16,518 nt of DNA from an uncultured delta proteobacterium. Lineage in GTDB: Bacteria > Desulfobacterota > Binatia > UBA9968. The stretch lies in contig CAWJBB010000088.1 in the NCBI GenBank assembly GCA_963840855.1, positions 1 through 16,518 on the forward strand, in the 5' to 3' direction. Every line of letters starts with the position of its first letter. Within the stretch, counting starts at the first letter, position 1. Below, one piece after another: positions 15,859 to 16,518 of the stretch. A program made the translations under genes and the position numbers. The notes under the pieces were generated by a model. The model worked only from the letters and a program-made list of their open reading frames with translations, had not been told where the DNA came from and did not search any database.

Positions 15859-16287
15859 ATGGCGTACGCTATTAACAAAGTGGACGTATGGGTGAGCGAA
15901 ATCACTGATCGGCCCGGTGGCCTATCTACCAAATTAGCGGCCTTGAATAGTGCGGGCGCGAACCTGTCGTTCGTGATCGCGCGCCGCGCTCCGGATAAAC
16001 CGGGCACTGGGGTAGTCTTCGTCACGCCGATCACGGGAGCGAAACAAAAGACTGCCGCCCGGGCCGCGGGCTTCCAAACGACCGACAACATCCATTCGGT
16101 GCGGGTGGAAGGTCCTGACCGGGCCGGGTTGGGTATCACAATGACCCGCGCGCTGGCCGATGAAGGAATTAATCTGCGCGGCATCTCCGGTGCCGCGGTT
16201 GGACGGCGTGCGGTGACATATTTTGCTTTCGATAACGCCTCGGACGCGGCCACCGCCATCCGTATTTTGCGTAAGGCGCTGAAGTAA
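15859..16287 (+). CDS. Stand-alone tandem ACT-domain (amino-acid-binding) protein
   Basis: 142 aa with two ACT-like repeats: ITDRPGGL..LAALNSAGANL and GPDRAGLG..TRALADEGINL. Strong RBS. Confidence 0.82.
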   Translation: MAYAINKVDVWVSEITDRPGGLSTKLAALNSAGANLSFVIARRAPDKPGTGVVFVTPITGAKQKTAARAAGFQTTDNIHSVRVEGPDRAGLGITMTRALADEGINLRGISGAAVGRRAVTYFAFDNASDAATAIRILRKALK

Positions 16288-16316
16288 ACACTGCATCGCG
16301 ACTTGAATGCTGTGGA

Positions 16317-16514
16317 TCAGGGGCGCCGGCGCCGGAGTCCCTTAAGTCCGATGCCCAAAAACAGCGCGCCGCTCATCAGCCACGCGGCGGCGGGTTTGAG
16401 TTTCGGATTGGCAAGCAAATCGCCTTCGCGCCAGAGTTCGACCCCGGCTGCCGCCGCAGCGGCCAGGAACAGCGCGCCCAATGTCAGCGCGGTGACGCGT
16501 ATATAAAGCTTCAT
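16317..16514 (-). CDS. Small membrane protein (two predicted TM helices); start uncertain at window edge
   Basis: 65 aa with two hydrophobic stretches and a basic C-tail (RRRRP). Convergent with the ACT gene, 29-bp gap. Confidence 0.55.
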   Translation of the reverse strand: MKLYIRVTALTLGALFLAAAAAAGVELWREGDLLANPKLKPAAAWLMSGALFLGIGLKGLRRRRP

Positions 16515-16518
16515 GAGC

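Noticed and set aside
83-16506. Numerous antisense and alternate-frame ORFs (e.g. 437-1072, 2810-3445, 3676-4446, 4768-5466, 12363-12998, 13485-14198)
   Set aside because: They overlap well-supported genes, lack motifs, and are the expected shadow ORFs of GC-rich coding DNA.

Overview
GC-rich bacterial window dominated by transport and catabolic genes. The gene content (many SsuA/THI5-type substrate-binding proteins interleaved with VOC enzymes) resembles uncultured Deltaproteobacteria/Binatia-like genomes; this is inference only. The left ~4 kb is a tandem duplication with a ~2243-bp period (1-1756 vs 2243-3999). It covers an SsuA/THI5-type SBP, a two-domain VOC protein and the 5' end of an AfuA/FutA-type SBP. 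The first copy is diverged and partly frameshifted, and the junction exposes the 3' tip of another VOC gene. Next come a complete FbpABC/AfuABC-class ABC importer and a small IS200/IS605-like palindromic element in a convergent intergenic region. A minus-strand pair encodes an SBP and a NahE-like hydratase-aldolase. A divergent plus-strand run follows: 80-aa hypothetical, single-domain VOC, two more SBPs, REP-like remnants, tcuA-tcuB and a tandem-ACT protein. The window ends with a small convergent membrane protein. No rRNA, tRNA or CRISPR array was seen. All family calls come from motif recognition, not database searches.
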